Shown here piece by piece: positions 1-18,606 of a DNA stretch of 64,000 nt. Numbering within the stretch: the stretch's first letter is position 1; the number at the start of each line of letters is the position of its first letter. Source of the stretch: Amoebidium appalachense. Its lineage: Eukaryota; Protista; Ichthyosporea. The notes under the pieces are model-generated. The model was not told where the DNA came from. It searched no databases and was given only the letters and a program-made list of their open reading frames with translations. Location of the stretch: assembly GCA_963693365.1 (NCBI GenBank), contig CAVNZM010000004.1:12881088-12945087 (forward strand), in the 5' to 3' direction. The position numbers and the translations under genes were made by a program.

Positions 1-925
1 CACGGAATCGATCGAGCCAGGGTCAAAAAGATGTCACAAACCCATCCCAGAAACCTCATGATGACCATCCGAAAGGCATCTAAAATACCACGTAAAGGCC
101 ATATAAGATGCAAATATGGTTTTCCCTCATGACAACTAAATGGTCCTAAAAGGTTCATTAACAGACCACTTAAAGACGTCAAAAAGATGCTGTATACCAG
201 GAATAGCGTCCAGCAACATTAAAGCAACCATATATGCCTATCATGTGCACCACCCAATCCACATACCATCTATGACGTCGTGGATGAGGTCCATCTACAA
301 GAGCACATACAGACACTTTCTCGATCATCAAAAGTGCATATGTTGTGCATATAACAGCGAAAAAACAATATGGATCGTATAAAATGCACTAAAACTAGTC
401 TTGGACATCATAGGGGACTTAGGGGGTAGAAATGGATGGGAAGAAAATATGATCATATAAAGTGGTCCATATAATGTCTATGTGCACCGGAAATAAACTA
501 GAAGTACACTTGCACGTCCTGGAGTACTTAGGGTGTACTTTGGGATGGGTACAAGAAAAGAGCATTTAATGTGGTCTTTAGATGGTCCATATCACCACCC
601 AAACCCCACCAAATTGTGTTTGGAAAATTTTGAACATCGGGGCATTTAATATGCATTTAGGATGGGTTGTAGATCATTTCATGACACCATTGTAGATGCC
701 TTGCGGTGCTGTTCTGGATGATGGATGATATCAAGTCCCCTTTATCCCCTCCTGGACATCATAGATGAGTTATGGATAGTGGCCATCCAAATTGTTTACG
801 ACCCCCACATCCCATCTAGATGTCATCATGTAGGTAGGTTGTGGTGGATGTGTGGGGTGGATATGGTGGGAGGACCCCCAAAAGGTGTCCTGGATGGGAT
901 CCGGATCGCCGAACAAGATTGCTGA
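1..925. mobile_element. Probable non-coding arm of a DNA-transposon-like repeat abutting and truncating the Copia integrase
   Basis: No credible ORF. GATG/CATC and GGTCC/GGAC motifs recur densely throughout. Weak inverted match between ~41-56 (cccatcccagaaacct) and ~883-898. Copia integrase homology starts abruptly at ~927. Confidence 0.35.
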
Positions 926-926
926 T

Positions 927-3564
927 GTTTGTGATGCCACCGGTTACACCACCGTGTTCCCCCTTTACAACCGTGGTGAAACCCTCAGCCACATTCAGTC
1001 TCTCGTTGAAACCATCGAACGTCAGACACCTGAGATCGTCACCCATCTTCGGTTTGACTCCGGCTCTGAGTTCACCTCCAAGGACACCGAGGCCTACTGC
1101 AAGCAGAAAGGCATCATCATGGAGTTTGCCCCCGTCGACACACCACAACACAATGGTGTTGTTGAACGGAAGATGAGAGAACTGCAAGAGACAGTCCGTT
1201 GCTTCCTCCATGCCGACAAGGACCAACCTCTCTCTCCCAAGTTGTGGGTTGCTGCTCTCAAGCATACAAGCTACATCATCAACGTCACACCGTCATCTGC
1301 TGCCAACGGCAACACTCCCTTCGAGGCCTTCCACGGCTTCAAACCCGACGTCTCCCAGCTCCACGTGTTCGGCTCCCCTGCCTATGTGCATGTTCCCCGG
1401 TCAAAGAGGAACAAGCTGGCATCAACCGTCAGAGTCGGCACCTACGTCGGCTGGGACCTACCCTCCAAGGCACACAAGATCCTCGACCATGCCTGCAACC
1501 AAATCAAGATCTGCCGTGATGTGATCTTCGACGAGTCGAAATTCACGGGCAGCACCAATCAGGTCTCCGTTCCCCCCAAACCCGATCTGCCGACATTGGA
1601 CCCCCCCTCCGACGACGACGATGAAACTCCGTCTGTGGTCATCTCCCAACCGTCCTGGCACAACCAACCAGCCCCGGTTGAACCCGTGCCTCCCCCGAGC
1701 CCCCCCCCCACTGGCCAACAACCCTTGCTGCCGGCCCCCCCCGTTGCTGTGCATCAACCCGGCTACATGACTCCGGTTCGTCCTGGGTCCCCCACCTTCC
1801 ACTCGGCCACGAGCAGCCCTGTGGACACCGATGCCCCCCTCACCACCGGTCCTATTCCTGGCTTCCATGCCCCTATCCCGGCCTCCACCACCTACCCGGC
1901 CACCACCCCCCTCAAGGACCCCCCCAAGCCCAACCTTCGTCGGTCTACACGTCTCACCAAGACTCCAACGGCACTGGTCAGCATCGTAGCACCGACCATC
2001 AACATTGACCAGCTCCCCAAGGGCATTCAAAAGCTTTGCAACGGTCCCAACGGTGATGCCGTCATAGCTGCCCTCACCTCCGAGTACCAAGCCTTCATCA
2101 CCAAGGATGTCTTCACCATTGTTGATCCCCCCCCCTGGTGCCAACATCATCAAGTTCAAGTGGATTGTGACTGAGAAAGTCCTCAACTCAGCCGGTGACA
2201 CCAAGATCAAAGCTCGTGGTGTTGCAAAGGGCTTCACTCAAGTCTACGGTGTTGACTACGGTGACACCTCTTCCCCCGTGGTGATGTCCTCCTCCGTCCG
2301 TGCCCTCCTTGCCATCGGTGTGGACGGCAACCATGAGATTCATCAACTCGACGTCTCAACTGCCTTCCTCAACAGTCCTCTTCAAGAAGACATCTACATT
2401 GAGCCACCACCTGGCTTCATCACCCCCGGCAACGAACACAAGGTCTGGAAACTTAAGAAGGCACTCTACGGGCTCAAGCAAGCATCACTGGCCTGGTATG
2501 AGTACTTCGACAAGGTCCTCCTTGCTCACGGTCTCGAACGTCTCCGTTCAGATCCATGTGTCTACATCAAGACCTTCCCCAACGGTGACATCATCCTCAC
2601 TGGCAACTATGTGGACGACGTCATCATCATCTGCACGGCCAACTCCTCCCACACCAAGGATCTAGTAGACCACATCATGAAGTCAGCTCTCTGCAAGGTT
2701 GACCTTCCCGACATCTTCCTTGGCACCCAGCTCATCCACACCCCCGGTCACCTCAAGCTGCTTCAGCAATCCTACATCAACGACATCGTCAGAGACTTCA
2801 ACCTCAACGATGCTCACCCCAAGGCTACTCCCATTCCCGTCGGCACCGTCATCACCATCAACGAGAACGACTCACCACCCATCAAGGTTCCCTACCGTGA
2901 ACTACTCGGCCGTCTTTTGTGGGTTGCTCGTTGTTCCCGGCCCGACATCTCCTTTGCCATCGGCTACCTCGGTAGATTCAGTGCCAACCCCACCAAACTT
3001 GCATGGGAATGTCTACTCCGTGTAGTTCGGTACCTCATCGGCACTTCCAACCTCGGCCTTCACTACGACAAGTCTGCTTCCGACGACAACACCCCCTTGC
3101 TGGAGTGTTATTCTGATGCTGACTTTGCCAACTGCCCCAACACCCGTCGTTCAACCACCGGATACGTCATCTTCTTCAAGGGCATACCCATCACATGGTA
3201 TTCGAAGCTGCAGTCCATCACGGCAACATCCACCACCGAGGCTGAGCTTCTGGCCATCAATGCTGCTGTTCAAAACGTCATCTGGCACCGTGATCTCCTC
3301 CGTGAACTCGGCTACCCGATGACCGACCCCACCCCCGTCTACTGTGACAACCAGTCCACCATTGCCCTCCTGCACACCAACAGCATCAAGCACCGGACCA
3401 AACACATTGCAGTCCGTTACCACAACACGAAGGACTACATCAAGAGTGGGGATGTGGTCGTCACCTACGTGTCCAGCAAAGACAACGTGGCTGACATCTT
3501 CACCAAGCCCCTGCCCGGGCCCTCCCACGAGCAGCACCGTGATTCACTCAGTCTTCGTGACTGA
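927..3564 (+). CDS. pol: Copia pol (partial integrase core, Pro-rich linker, reverse transcriptase, RNase H), one frameshift at C9 run 2127-2135
   Basis: Integrase: LRFDSGSEF, PQHNGVVER, TPFEAFHG, HVFGSPAYVH. RT: KARGVAKGFTQVYGVDY, QLDVSTAFLN, LKKALYGLKQA, YVDD. RNase H: YSDADFA...RRSTTGY, CDNQS, KHIAVRYH, ADIFTKPL. ORFs 852-2174 and 2107-3564 join as VDPPPGANIIKFKW if one C is removed. Confidence 0.93.
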
Positions 3565-4082
3565 GTGTGCCCCCCCCCCTCCCCCCCCCCCCCCCCCCCC
3601 CGGTTCATCTACTAGTACAGTGGTCTTCAAGTAGGTTGGGGCCCTGGCCAGTGGTCTACACATCACCGTGTAGAGACACCTCCCAACGAAAGTCTACTGC
3701 TGTCTTCATCGATCTTCAGTGTGTGCATCTTCAGTGGGGATTTCTTCTCCACCATCCGTCGTTTATTTATATACCACCATATATATAATGTATTTATCAT
3801 TAGCCACCAACACGTCACACATACACTAGTTGTTTCTTCTATATATATTTATATATCACGTCATTGGCTACCGTCATCTTCCGAGTCTTCAGAGGCAACC
3901 GTCGTTGTGTGCTTCTTCCGTTTTGGTTTTCTTCCCCGGCTTGCACCTTCAAGTCTTCTCCATTGTCTTCTCGAGTGGGGAAACTTGACTGTGACTTCAC
4001 GGCACCTACTTCTACATGTGTGAAAGTCTTAACATCAACAGTCACATCAACAAACTTCACGAGAACCCAACTTCCAACCCTT

Positions 4083-4091
4083 GAGTGGGGA
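4083..4091 (+). other. Polypurine tract (plus-strand primer site) of the Copia element
   Basis: GAGTGGGGA immediately followed by TGT, the usual PPT/LTR junction. Confidence 0.6.
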
Positions 4092-4896
4092 TGTCATCTT
4101 CACTTAATTCTCAGCAAGACTTAGAAGTTGAGTTTGGTATTTATTTATTAGTTGTTGTAGTTTGTTTCCTTTTCCTTTCTTCATTTCTTTCTTTCTTTTC
4201 CGTTTCCGTGTACACGACATCTTAGATCTGTGTACGTATCGACATACTTAGCTCGCGCACACGTATTGTCGTTTGCGTCAAAATCTATATATGTCATCCA
4301 ATCATATCTCGTTTGTATTTTCCCAAATATAGTAACTTACATTCCTTTCTCATTCCTTTCCCACGACGTAGCATTGTGCTATGTTCTTCAACTATTAGGA
4401 ATAATTATATTTAGACGTGTTATGATAAGAACATGTATAAATATATGTTATGAATTAATAGTTACATAAGTGGTTTCATTTTATTAAATGTTTCCGTGTT
4501 TTTATTAGAAGTTTCTTTCATTAGAGGATTGAGTTTTATATTCTAAATGTCGACAGACATTTTATTCGATATATTTTACACTCATAGTTTTCATTCTTTT
4601 GATTGGTTTATCGTTTCACATTCCCAAGTATAAAAGGGACCTCATCTTGAAATAAATCATAAGCAGTCGTATTCACTTCCTATGGTTCCAGAAATCGTTC
4701 CTCCTCTCCGGTTGTGTTTTTCCCGTGTGTCTTTGTGTTGTGTTTTACATAACACCCATCTGTGCTCTCTGCTTCTCCGTTTACCCACACAAAATAACAC
4801 TCACAGACACGGCCAACTTTCTAGTTCAGTGGTCTTGTGGAGGTACCTGACTAGTTGTTGCCACTACACTAGCCTCCTGTGCTATCATTCACAACA
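4092..4896 (+). repeat. Probable 3' LTR (~805 bp)
   Basis: Starts TGT after the PPT, AT-rich, TATAAAAGG at ~4629, AATAAA at 4651, candidate end ...ACAACA at 4896. No second LTR in the window to confirm the right boundary. Confidence 0.55.
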
Positions 4897-5296
4897 CTGG
4901 CTACCTCGGGGGCCGCAGGTGCGCCGTATAGTCTATGGCCAATCTTCACAGTCCTTTCCTGCAGCCCTCCCTCCTGCTACCTTTTGAGGTAGCTCTTATT
5001 TCTTAAGGGCAGAGTCTACTTCCGTGGCGAATGATCACGTGCCTCTCCTGCGCTCTCCACTAGAGTTTATTTGTTTTTTCTTCTTCGTGAAACGCTTGCA
5101 CCGACATTTCGAGTTCTTTCTCTGTAAACTCTCTCCCTGAGACACTTCTCCAACTGCCCTGCCAACTGGCTTCCTCGCTTTTTTGGCTTACTTGGCTCCG
5201 ACAGCTACACTCGACTCTCTCTTGGACAACCCTCTTTTTTTTTTTTTTTCACTGGACCCTTTCTCCGTTGTGGCAGTTTTGTGTTTCCCGCCCGTG

Positions 5297-5337
<41 letters not shown>

Positions 5338-6259
5338 CCCCCTCCCCACCACCACCACCACCACCACCACCACCAAGCCCCTTGAAGGATCCCTTACCCC
5401 TCTAGTTCCAGAACTTCGAATCCCATTTGTAACTTTGTACATTGCAATTGGTGCACGTGAAAAAGTCCGAGCACCAAGCTTGCCTTCTGTTCGAGTGCAT
5501 TTTGTGCACACGTGCATACAAAGGAGTACCACCACCTGCAATTATATTTGTAAATAAATACTCCGATGTATGCATAGTAGCCCACGTAAAAAACTAAAGC
5601 GACACTACGCCATGTCGTTCGTCCGGAGTACAGCATGCAGTAGGTAGAGTACCTACCACCGGGTACATACTGAGGTGGTGCCTCATTTTCCTTCCTACCT
5701 CAGCAGAAATGTCTCGCTAGTAATATTATTGACAATGCTTATCGAAGGAAGACTGCGAAGGAAAAAAAAACTGCGGGCTGCGAAGAAGGAAGCCCCGTCG
5801 GATGGCGCGTGACACCGTCAGTACATACCAAACATGCCAGAGATAAAGTTTATCGCGTGACATCTGGATGCGTGCCAGCTGTGCAGAGCCACGGTGCCTG
5901 CAGCATGCTGCAGCTCCAGACTTGCAGAGAGCGTGAAAGTCAGGCCAGACTTTCTACCTTATCACTTTTTGTTGTACATATACGTGTTAGACCTATTCAT
6001 GAGACAGTTATAATAGATATTGGGCCGCTTATATTTAAACGTGGACAGTGGACTTATTTGCGTGCCAGCGTGCAACGCCCTGTATCCGTAGGGACTAGGG
6101 TCGTATAGTAACGGCCCACTGGCTGAATCTCTCCAAATCCTTAGTGATGACTATCAGAAAGACATGTTGTAAGGAGCATAAATCCAGCCACCAAAAGTAT
6201 ATCACGTTAAGAGTAACACCAAGGAATACAGCTCTTTTGCCTTTTAGCGGCACACAAGC

Positions 6260-11639
<5,380 letters not shown>

Positions 11640-13370
11640 GCGGTGCACCAAATACGAGAGTATTTGGAGCTGGAAAGGAAATGGTAGACGTGAAGTATTC
11701 AGGCAGACATCTACCCGTTCCAGTGTGCGAGTGCCCGATACCTGTACTCCACCAAGCTGTACTACGGCCGTTCTGGAGTGTGGTGACGTACCATATCAAT
11801 ATTCCCGGAATGGCGCACATACATGCACCATGATGCATGCGGGTGTGTGCATCTGTGGGTGCTTTTTGGCTTGGTGTGTGCCTGTGATCTTGCACAAACA
11901 CACACCGTGTGGAGGTGGGTTTGTGGCCTTGAGCGTATGAAAACATGTGCCGTGCGGATAGGTACGTGTGTACATGTGCAGTGTGCGTGTGTGATGTTGA
12001 TTAGATTTTTTTTTCTTTCCTTTTTTTTTTTTTTTTTTTGGGGGGGGGGGGGGGGGGAGGGGGGGGGGGGGCGGGGAGGGGGAGAGGGGGGGGAGGGGGG
12101 GGGGGGGGGGGGGGGAAAGGAGGAGGAAGCGGGCCACTGTTAAAAGAGAACATGGTAATGAAGGCTTGAGACTCCCTACAACACAATGTGGCTCGCCTTA
12201 GTGAATAAAATCAGGGGTGCCAAGAATTGGCAATTAGTAATGTTGGTCATCATATAAGGACACACACTAATATGTCAAATACTACTACTGCAAGTGTGCT
12301 GGATTATTCTGTAAACGGATCACCTCTAAGTACTAGTGTACATATCTATGACCAGCACGAATAAAAGACAATAAACAAATGCATTCATACACGAAAACCG
12401 ACGTACCGCACCTCAGTGACATGACGCTCTGCATGTACGAGTCCTCTCGTACTGAGCTCAGCCTGTGCACATGATCAAACCTCATTTTTCGATTTCAAGT
12501 TAGAACAAAAAGATCGATCCAAGATGTGGGTCAGGTCAATGTTTGTGTAATACAGGCTCCGTGTGGTGTGCAGCCGTGTGTGTACGCATACGTACTTTGA
12601 TGCATCATCGTCCTGTGTACACGTGGTTTTAGAGGGCGAGGCATGTGCATGTGCCACAATTTGAAGTGACATTTCCACAAAAATGGCTCGAGCCGACTCA
12701 GCCAAGGCAGCATCGTGATCATGTTTACGTCGTCTACACACATGAAAGCTTCAACCAATCTAATTCTAGATCGCATTGCTTTTTATGGTTTTATGTCAAT
12801 AAAGAAAGCCAATCAAACGCCCAACATCACCAACACTGACTCCGCGGCTGCCGCCGTCAGTGTGAAGCCTTCAACTTGAAGTTGTCAATGGAGCCTGAGG
12901 CTGCGCAAGCAAACTTAGCACAACGGTGTGAGTGCGTTGACAGGGTGCACGTGTAAGGTGCTAATAATTAGGGGAGCTAGCAGATCGTTGTCGTTTCTTA
13001 TACTGCAGAGCCGATGGAAAAGACGGCATGTTTCTATCCACATAGACCCCCCTGAGTGAACCATTGGCTTCTGTTGCTCATACGCCTGTAATTCGCACAA
13101 GAACAGAGTTGTCGCATACTTCTTCCTCTGCATGGCTGGCAATTTCATGTATGACAAGGTCCATTATTTTGTTCTCGGCCGTTTTAAGTTGCTATTAGAG
13201 TGCACGACAGCTATCGTCTTCTGTTCCTGAGTCGTCCATGTTCATTTTTGTTGGTGTTGCACCTGAAGAGGTCTGTGCAACACATCTGAACAAAAAGCCA
13301 AAGCCTCGCACTCTGCATAACCACCACATAATCTGCCACAAACAAAAAACCGAAGAAAGAAAACGGGAAG

Positions 13371-13724
13371 ATGTCGACAGACGAGGTCTCAGCCAGCCGT
13401 AAAGTTCCCGCTGACAAGGTTCAGCTACGCCTGCTTCTCGCCAGCGGCAAGCGTGCAGACTTCCTTTTTGACCCCACCGAGACCTTTGGCAACGTCAAGG
13501 CATACGTGCTGGCAAACTGGCCCGAAGGTCAGACACCACCCACCTGCACTCTTCATAATCTTAGGAGCCAGATAGTATAGCATTAGAGCCCTTAATCTTC
13601 TGCGCCCCCCCCTCCCCCTTCCCCCCCTTTTCCTCCCCCTGTGTCCCCCCCCCCCCCCCCCCCTTTCCCCCCTCTCCCCCTCTCCATCCCTTCTCCGATC
13701 CGTGTATGCTTCCTTGTGCTTGCG

Positions 13725-13806
<82 letters not shown>

Positions 13807-15279
13807 CGTATGTGTATATATACACACACACGTGTGTGTGTGTGTGCTTGCATGGTTTGTGTGCGTGTGGAGGTGTACGTGGATCTGTATGTGTCGAAAA
13901 GAGGAGTAGGGTGGGAGAGGGAGCGAGAGGGAGAACAGGATGGTGGTGGTGGTAGGGGGGGGAAGGTGGGGAGGAAAGGGGTGCATGCTTGAGCTGATGC
14001 AAACTCGTTGACACACCTGGACACAACGGCTTGTATGAGGAGGCTTTGGGAGTTGGAAGGAACAGAGCTATGAGAGGCTGTGTGCAACTTTTTGGTAGGC
14101 GCACGATTACACCTTTTTGTATCCCCCTCCCCCCCTCCCCCCCCCCCCCCCTCGCTGCCTCGGTGCCTAGTTCTACAGCTGTCACCGCAAAGAAACAGCA
14201 AGTATCCAAATCATGGCATATGCGGCTCACTTGTATTATTTCTGTGCAATTTTCTCGTTTAGGCAATTTTTGCGTTTCACGTCTTGGCAGTTAAATTTTC
14301 TGCTGCTGTTACAGAGTGGGCTGGAGAGAAGCCAGGCAACGAGGCAAGCATCAGAATCATTCACAACGGCAGGTTCCAGTCGGACGACTCAACACTAGAG
14401 TCTGGTATGTTGTGTGGTGTCCTTTTTGTTATTCCCGGGTATGTGCATGTTTTTTTCTTCCTGGTTTTTTTTTTTTTTTTTTGGGGGGGGGGGGGGGGGG
14501 TTTGGTATTTTGGGCAGATGGTGTGGGCTAGACGTACGTTTAGACGACGGGGAAGAGACTGCAAGGAAAAGGAGTATAATTTTACCTTCCTTCTTTGGGG
14601 GAAAGGCGGGGAGGGGGTAGGATGGAGAGGCCAACTGAATAGTGTGTGCAATTGTCCCTATGTGTGGCCGATTTGTATTTGTGTGCTTGTGTAAGGCCGT
14701 GTATGTTTTGTGGCAAGTTGCGTGCACATGGATGACCATTTGGCGTTGTTAGGATGGGAAGGTGGGGGGAGGGGGGGGGGGGAGGGGGTATTGGTGGTGG
14801 TTATGATAGAGATGTTGCGTGCGTGTGTGTGTGTGTGTGTGTGTGTGCTTGTGTGTGTGTGCTGCGCGTGGGGTGAAGGCGGGGGGGAGGGGGTAGCGTG
14901 TGTGTCTCTGTGTGTGTGTGTGGGGGGGGGGGGGGGGGGGGGGGGGGCATGCATCTACACGCCGTTTTTGTCTCATGTGCGAGCATGTGTGGCATGCGAG
15001 TGTGGGTGGATGAGCGAGCAATTAAAAGACACACTCGAGAATGGACATTGTGCAGCGAAAAAGACAACATGTGTGTGGGTGGAGTGAATGGTTTAGTGCT
15101 ATCAATGTGGGGAAGAGAGACGGTGTCTGTAGGCTGCAAGAGGAGGGAGGGAGAGGGGAGGGACTGTGTGCCGGCTGTGATGTGGTTGTCAGTGGTAAGT
15201 TAACCAATGACCGATATAGAGGGCAGTGATGTGAATGCGGGGTGGTGTGGTGGTGGGGTTTGGTGGTGGTGGTGGTGGT

Positions 15280-15341
<62 letters not shown>

Positions 15342-15973
15342 TTTAAGGGATGGAGGGCAGGAGGAAAGGAGAGAAGTATTTTTCGGAATTGACTGGATGC
15401 ATATGCCACCGAAGAAATTATTGCGAGTAGCATATGGGGCACCTTATGGGGGTTCAATGTGTGCAAGTTGGGGGCACGATGATGTCAGTGCCTGGCCAGC
15501 CTGGATGCCCTCCACTCACTGCAATTAATGAATTCTCCCCCCTCCCCCCCTCCCCCTTCCCCCGCCCCGCTCTTCCCCGCTCTCCTCCAAAACACAGACA
15601 TGCAACTTCATCCCCCCTTCCCCCCCCCCCCCCCCCCTCTTCCCCCCTTCCTCCCCTCCCCCCCCCCCCCCTCCCCCCTCCCCCCCGTGTTCCCTATCCC
15701 CTTCCCTACTTCATTCATCCCCCCTCCCCCTACTCCCCCTTACCACCCCTACTCTCCCCCCCCCCCCCCCCCCCCCCGGCGCCCCCCAATACCCCTTTTC
15801 TCCCCGCGCCACCCCCACCCTCTGTTTCTATTCGTGTTTGAGCAGCCAAGGCACCAGCAGGGGCCACGACGACCATGCACCTGCATGTGGTGGCACAGGG
15901 CCAAGGAGAGGGCCCCAAGGAGGGTGGGTGTTCTCCTTTTGGGCCTTGTTGCTGCGCTTGTTCTTGTGTGTTG

Positions 15974-16035
<62 letters not shown>

Positions 16036-16554
16036 GTGGTTAGTGGTGTGTGGGCAGGACGTTGCTTAACGGGATTATTGTTGTATTCTGTGCTGTGCAC
16101 AAGCAAATTTTGTGCCCACAACCTCATAATGGAAATGATACCTGCAGTCCCCCCCCCCCCCCCCCCCCCCCCTCCCCCCCTTCACCACCACCACCACCAC
16201 CACTCCCCATCCCCCCTCACCACAGCCGGTCACCCACCCACCCACCCACCCACCCATTGCCCGCACGCACACACACACACACACACAAACACATACACAC
16301 ACAAACATGCGCACGTACATACACAAAAGTACCCCCCTCCCCCTCTCCCCCCCCCCCCCCCCCACCGGAGAGCAAAAAGCTCAAAAAGAAGCTTCTCGTT
16401 TCACACGCACAAAGACTGGGGCTTGAAAAGGGACGGGGTGAAAAACGGAACATGGACCAAACTTTGTGCTGATGGTGCCCTGTGTCGTGCAGGGATTGAT
16501 GAGGGGACAGCAGCAAAGGCCAGTCGGGGTGCAAAGTGCTGCAACATTCTCTGA
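13371..16554 (+). CDS. UBL3: Membrane-anchored ubiquitin-fold protein (UBL3/MUB) with CaaX end, 4 exons
   Basis: Exons 13371-13527 (VPADKVQLRLLLASGK..F.F.P..V..NWPE), 14315-14404 (IRIIHNGRF..D), ~15843-15923 (TTTMHLHV), 16493-16554 (..KCCNIL*). The C-terminal CCxxL prenylation/palmitoylation motif is typical of the family. Confidence 0.9.
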
Positions 16555-17642
16555 GTGGCCGGTATATGGGTAGATGCATGCGCACGTACAGGCACCAGAC
16601 GTGCACGCACACTGCACCTAGACGCCCCTTTGGCCGGTGTGTGTATAAGCACTGGCATACGCGCACTTGCACAATTACATGTGGGCAGAGGCATGAGCAA
16701 ACGATAATCACATAACACACGTGCATGCGCGTGCACGCACACTCACACATGTCCATACAGGCAGGCACACCCACCCACCCAAATCGTGGTATAGTAGGCA
16801 TGTTCTCACACACTCATACGCACACACTCAATGGAATATTACACCCACACCCCATAAGATATAGACAACAGCAGGTCACGACTGTCCACATGACACATTT
16901 TTGTATGATTCAGTCAAATTTTAGAAGTACTGCTGGGCTAGAGTGCCTTTTTACATGACGTGAATGATATATATCTTGGGTGTACATATTTAGACCGCAT
17001 GCCCAAGTAGAGGTGTATTACTTAGAGAAAGAATAGCAGTGACTATTGAGATATGCACGTTGTTAGATATATTATGTACCATCGGCAAGGTTGTCATGTG
17101 CCAAAACTATCCTCTTAGGGCCGGGGCCACACGTAGAAGCAGATATGCAAGACACGTAATAAATAATACCGAACTACTTGACTGCACAAATGCAGGGATG
17201 GTACTGCCACAACCTTGAAAATCAATATGAGCAACCCTTCAAGAAAGCGTAGTTGCATTCGCATAAGCCCCCAGCAGCCCTCCCCCCCCCCCCCCCCCCA
17301 AAAAAAAAAAATACTCGCACGCAAGCACTAGCTTGCACGCATGCCACCCCCCGCATGCCCCCCCCCCCCCCCCCCTTCCTTCACGTTTAGCTCTAAATTA
17401 TGCGATAGCATACATGCCTAATTGTTGCACACATGACTGCATAACTGCCACCCGTTTACATTGCATTCAGCATTCAACAATGCAAACGTATATCACCTCA
17501 GATCTACACCACCAGAGGCTGAAAGTGGCCAACCACATGCGGGATTTAAAATATCTGTATACACCATGTATGGACAGTAGAAACTTAAACTGAGGTCAAA
17601 AAAGCCAACTACTAAAAATCGGAAGGCAAACACGATGAAGTA

Positions 17643-18514
17643 TCAAGTGACAGCAGGCACGTTCTGAGGAACCATCCAATCACGTTGAGCGTTTTGTATC
17701 CCCCGGACTGGTGGCTGCAACAGTGGTAACTGCATAACCATTGAGGTTGGGAGTGAAATCTGTGGGGTAGGAAAGGGTTAAAAACAGTGGTAGAAACAAG
17801 AAAGTATGTGTGCAGACACAGCCTTGGCATCTTCAGGCTGATAACACAAGGCATAGAGGGAAAAAAACAAACAAACTCGTGCACATGCACTACCCGCCGA
17901 CCCACACCCCAGAACATTACAGTCATACCTCCACGTGCACCCACACCCACACACAGACACCTGGGGTGTGTCCGTTCTCATGACATAGCAAAGCACTGGG
18001 TGTAGGAATGTGCGCGTGTTCCACTGACAGTGAGACATACCTCTCAACTCCCCAGCAAGAGTTTTTAGGTCGGCCCCAGCGGCATAAATGTCCACTGCAT
18101 CTGATAAGGATGCGATTGCGTGTTAGTTATGTCAATGCTTCCCCTAATTAGGGAGGTAGGGCACCCCAGTCGCATTTTTAGGCCTCCCCTCCCCCCCCCC
18201 CCCCCCCCCCCCCCTTCTTATATCTAATTAGACCCCTCCTTCCCCGAGAAACAAACTTCGTTTTACCACGCGCACGACCCTCTCACCGATGCTGACCGTC
18301 ACTTTCATCAAAGTGATCGATTGCACGGCATATACAAAAAGTAATTGGGCTCGTTGTGCAATCTTGGCGTGACCTTTCCATGAATGTGGATCTGGTTTTG
18401 GTTATAATGGAACCGGTATAAATATCAAATAGGCCCATTTCCACGCACACAAACCTATTTTTTCTTTTCTTCTCTCTCTCTGCCTCTCTCTGTCTCTCTC
18501 TCTCTCTCTCTATC

Positions 18515-18547
<33 letters not shown>

Positions 18548-18606
18548 TCTCTCTCTGATATGTATATATATATATAAGTATATATATCCTTACGAGGATA
18601 TGCCAT
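17643..18606 (-). CDS. Possible spliced orphan gene of unknown product (may extend to ~20100)
   Basis: Short non-repetitive blocks bounded by minus-strand AG/GT sites at about 18390-18286, 18100-18040, 17995-17961, 17838-17821 and 17760-17643. They can be joined in phase (..HSWKGHAKIAQRAQLLFVYAVQSITLMKVTVSI-DAVDIYAAGADLKTLAGELR-VLCYVMRTDTPQ-PEDAKA..). No recognised domain. Confidence 0.3.

Larger units (their letters stand above)
926..4896 (+). mobile_element. Ty1/Copia LTR retrotransposon, 5'-truncated (no gag, protease or 5' LTR in window)
   Basis: Domain order IN-RT-RNase H is diagnostic of Copia. It is followed by a purine-rich PPT-like tract and a TG...CA LTR-like region. Confidence 0.92.

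Noticed and set aside
816-3537. Antisense and alternate-frame ORFs over Copia pol (816-1265, 1458-2237, 3151-3537)
   Set aside because: Expected shadows of C-ending codon bias in pol. No independent motifs.
4897-4915. PBS-like TGGCTACCTCGG right after the LTR end, suggesting a tandem element
   Set aside because: No matching tRNA 3' end recognised and no gag ORF follows. More likely flanking host DNA.
12833-12884. Hairpin acactgac...gtcagtgt and palindrome caactt-g-aagttg upstream of UBL3
   Set aside because: Short stems are compatible with chance, and no RNA family or element boundaries were recognised.
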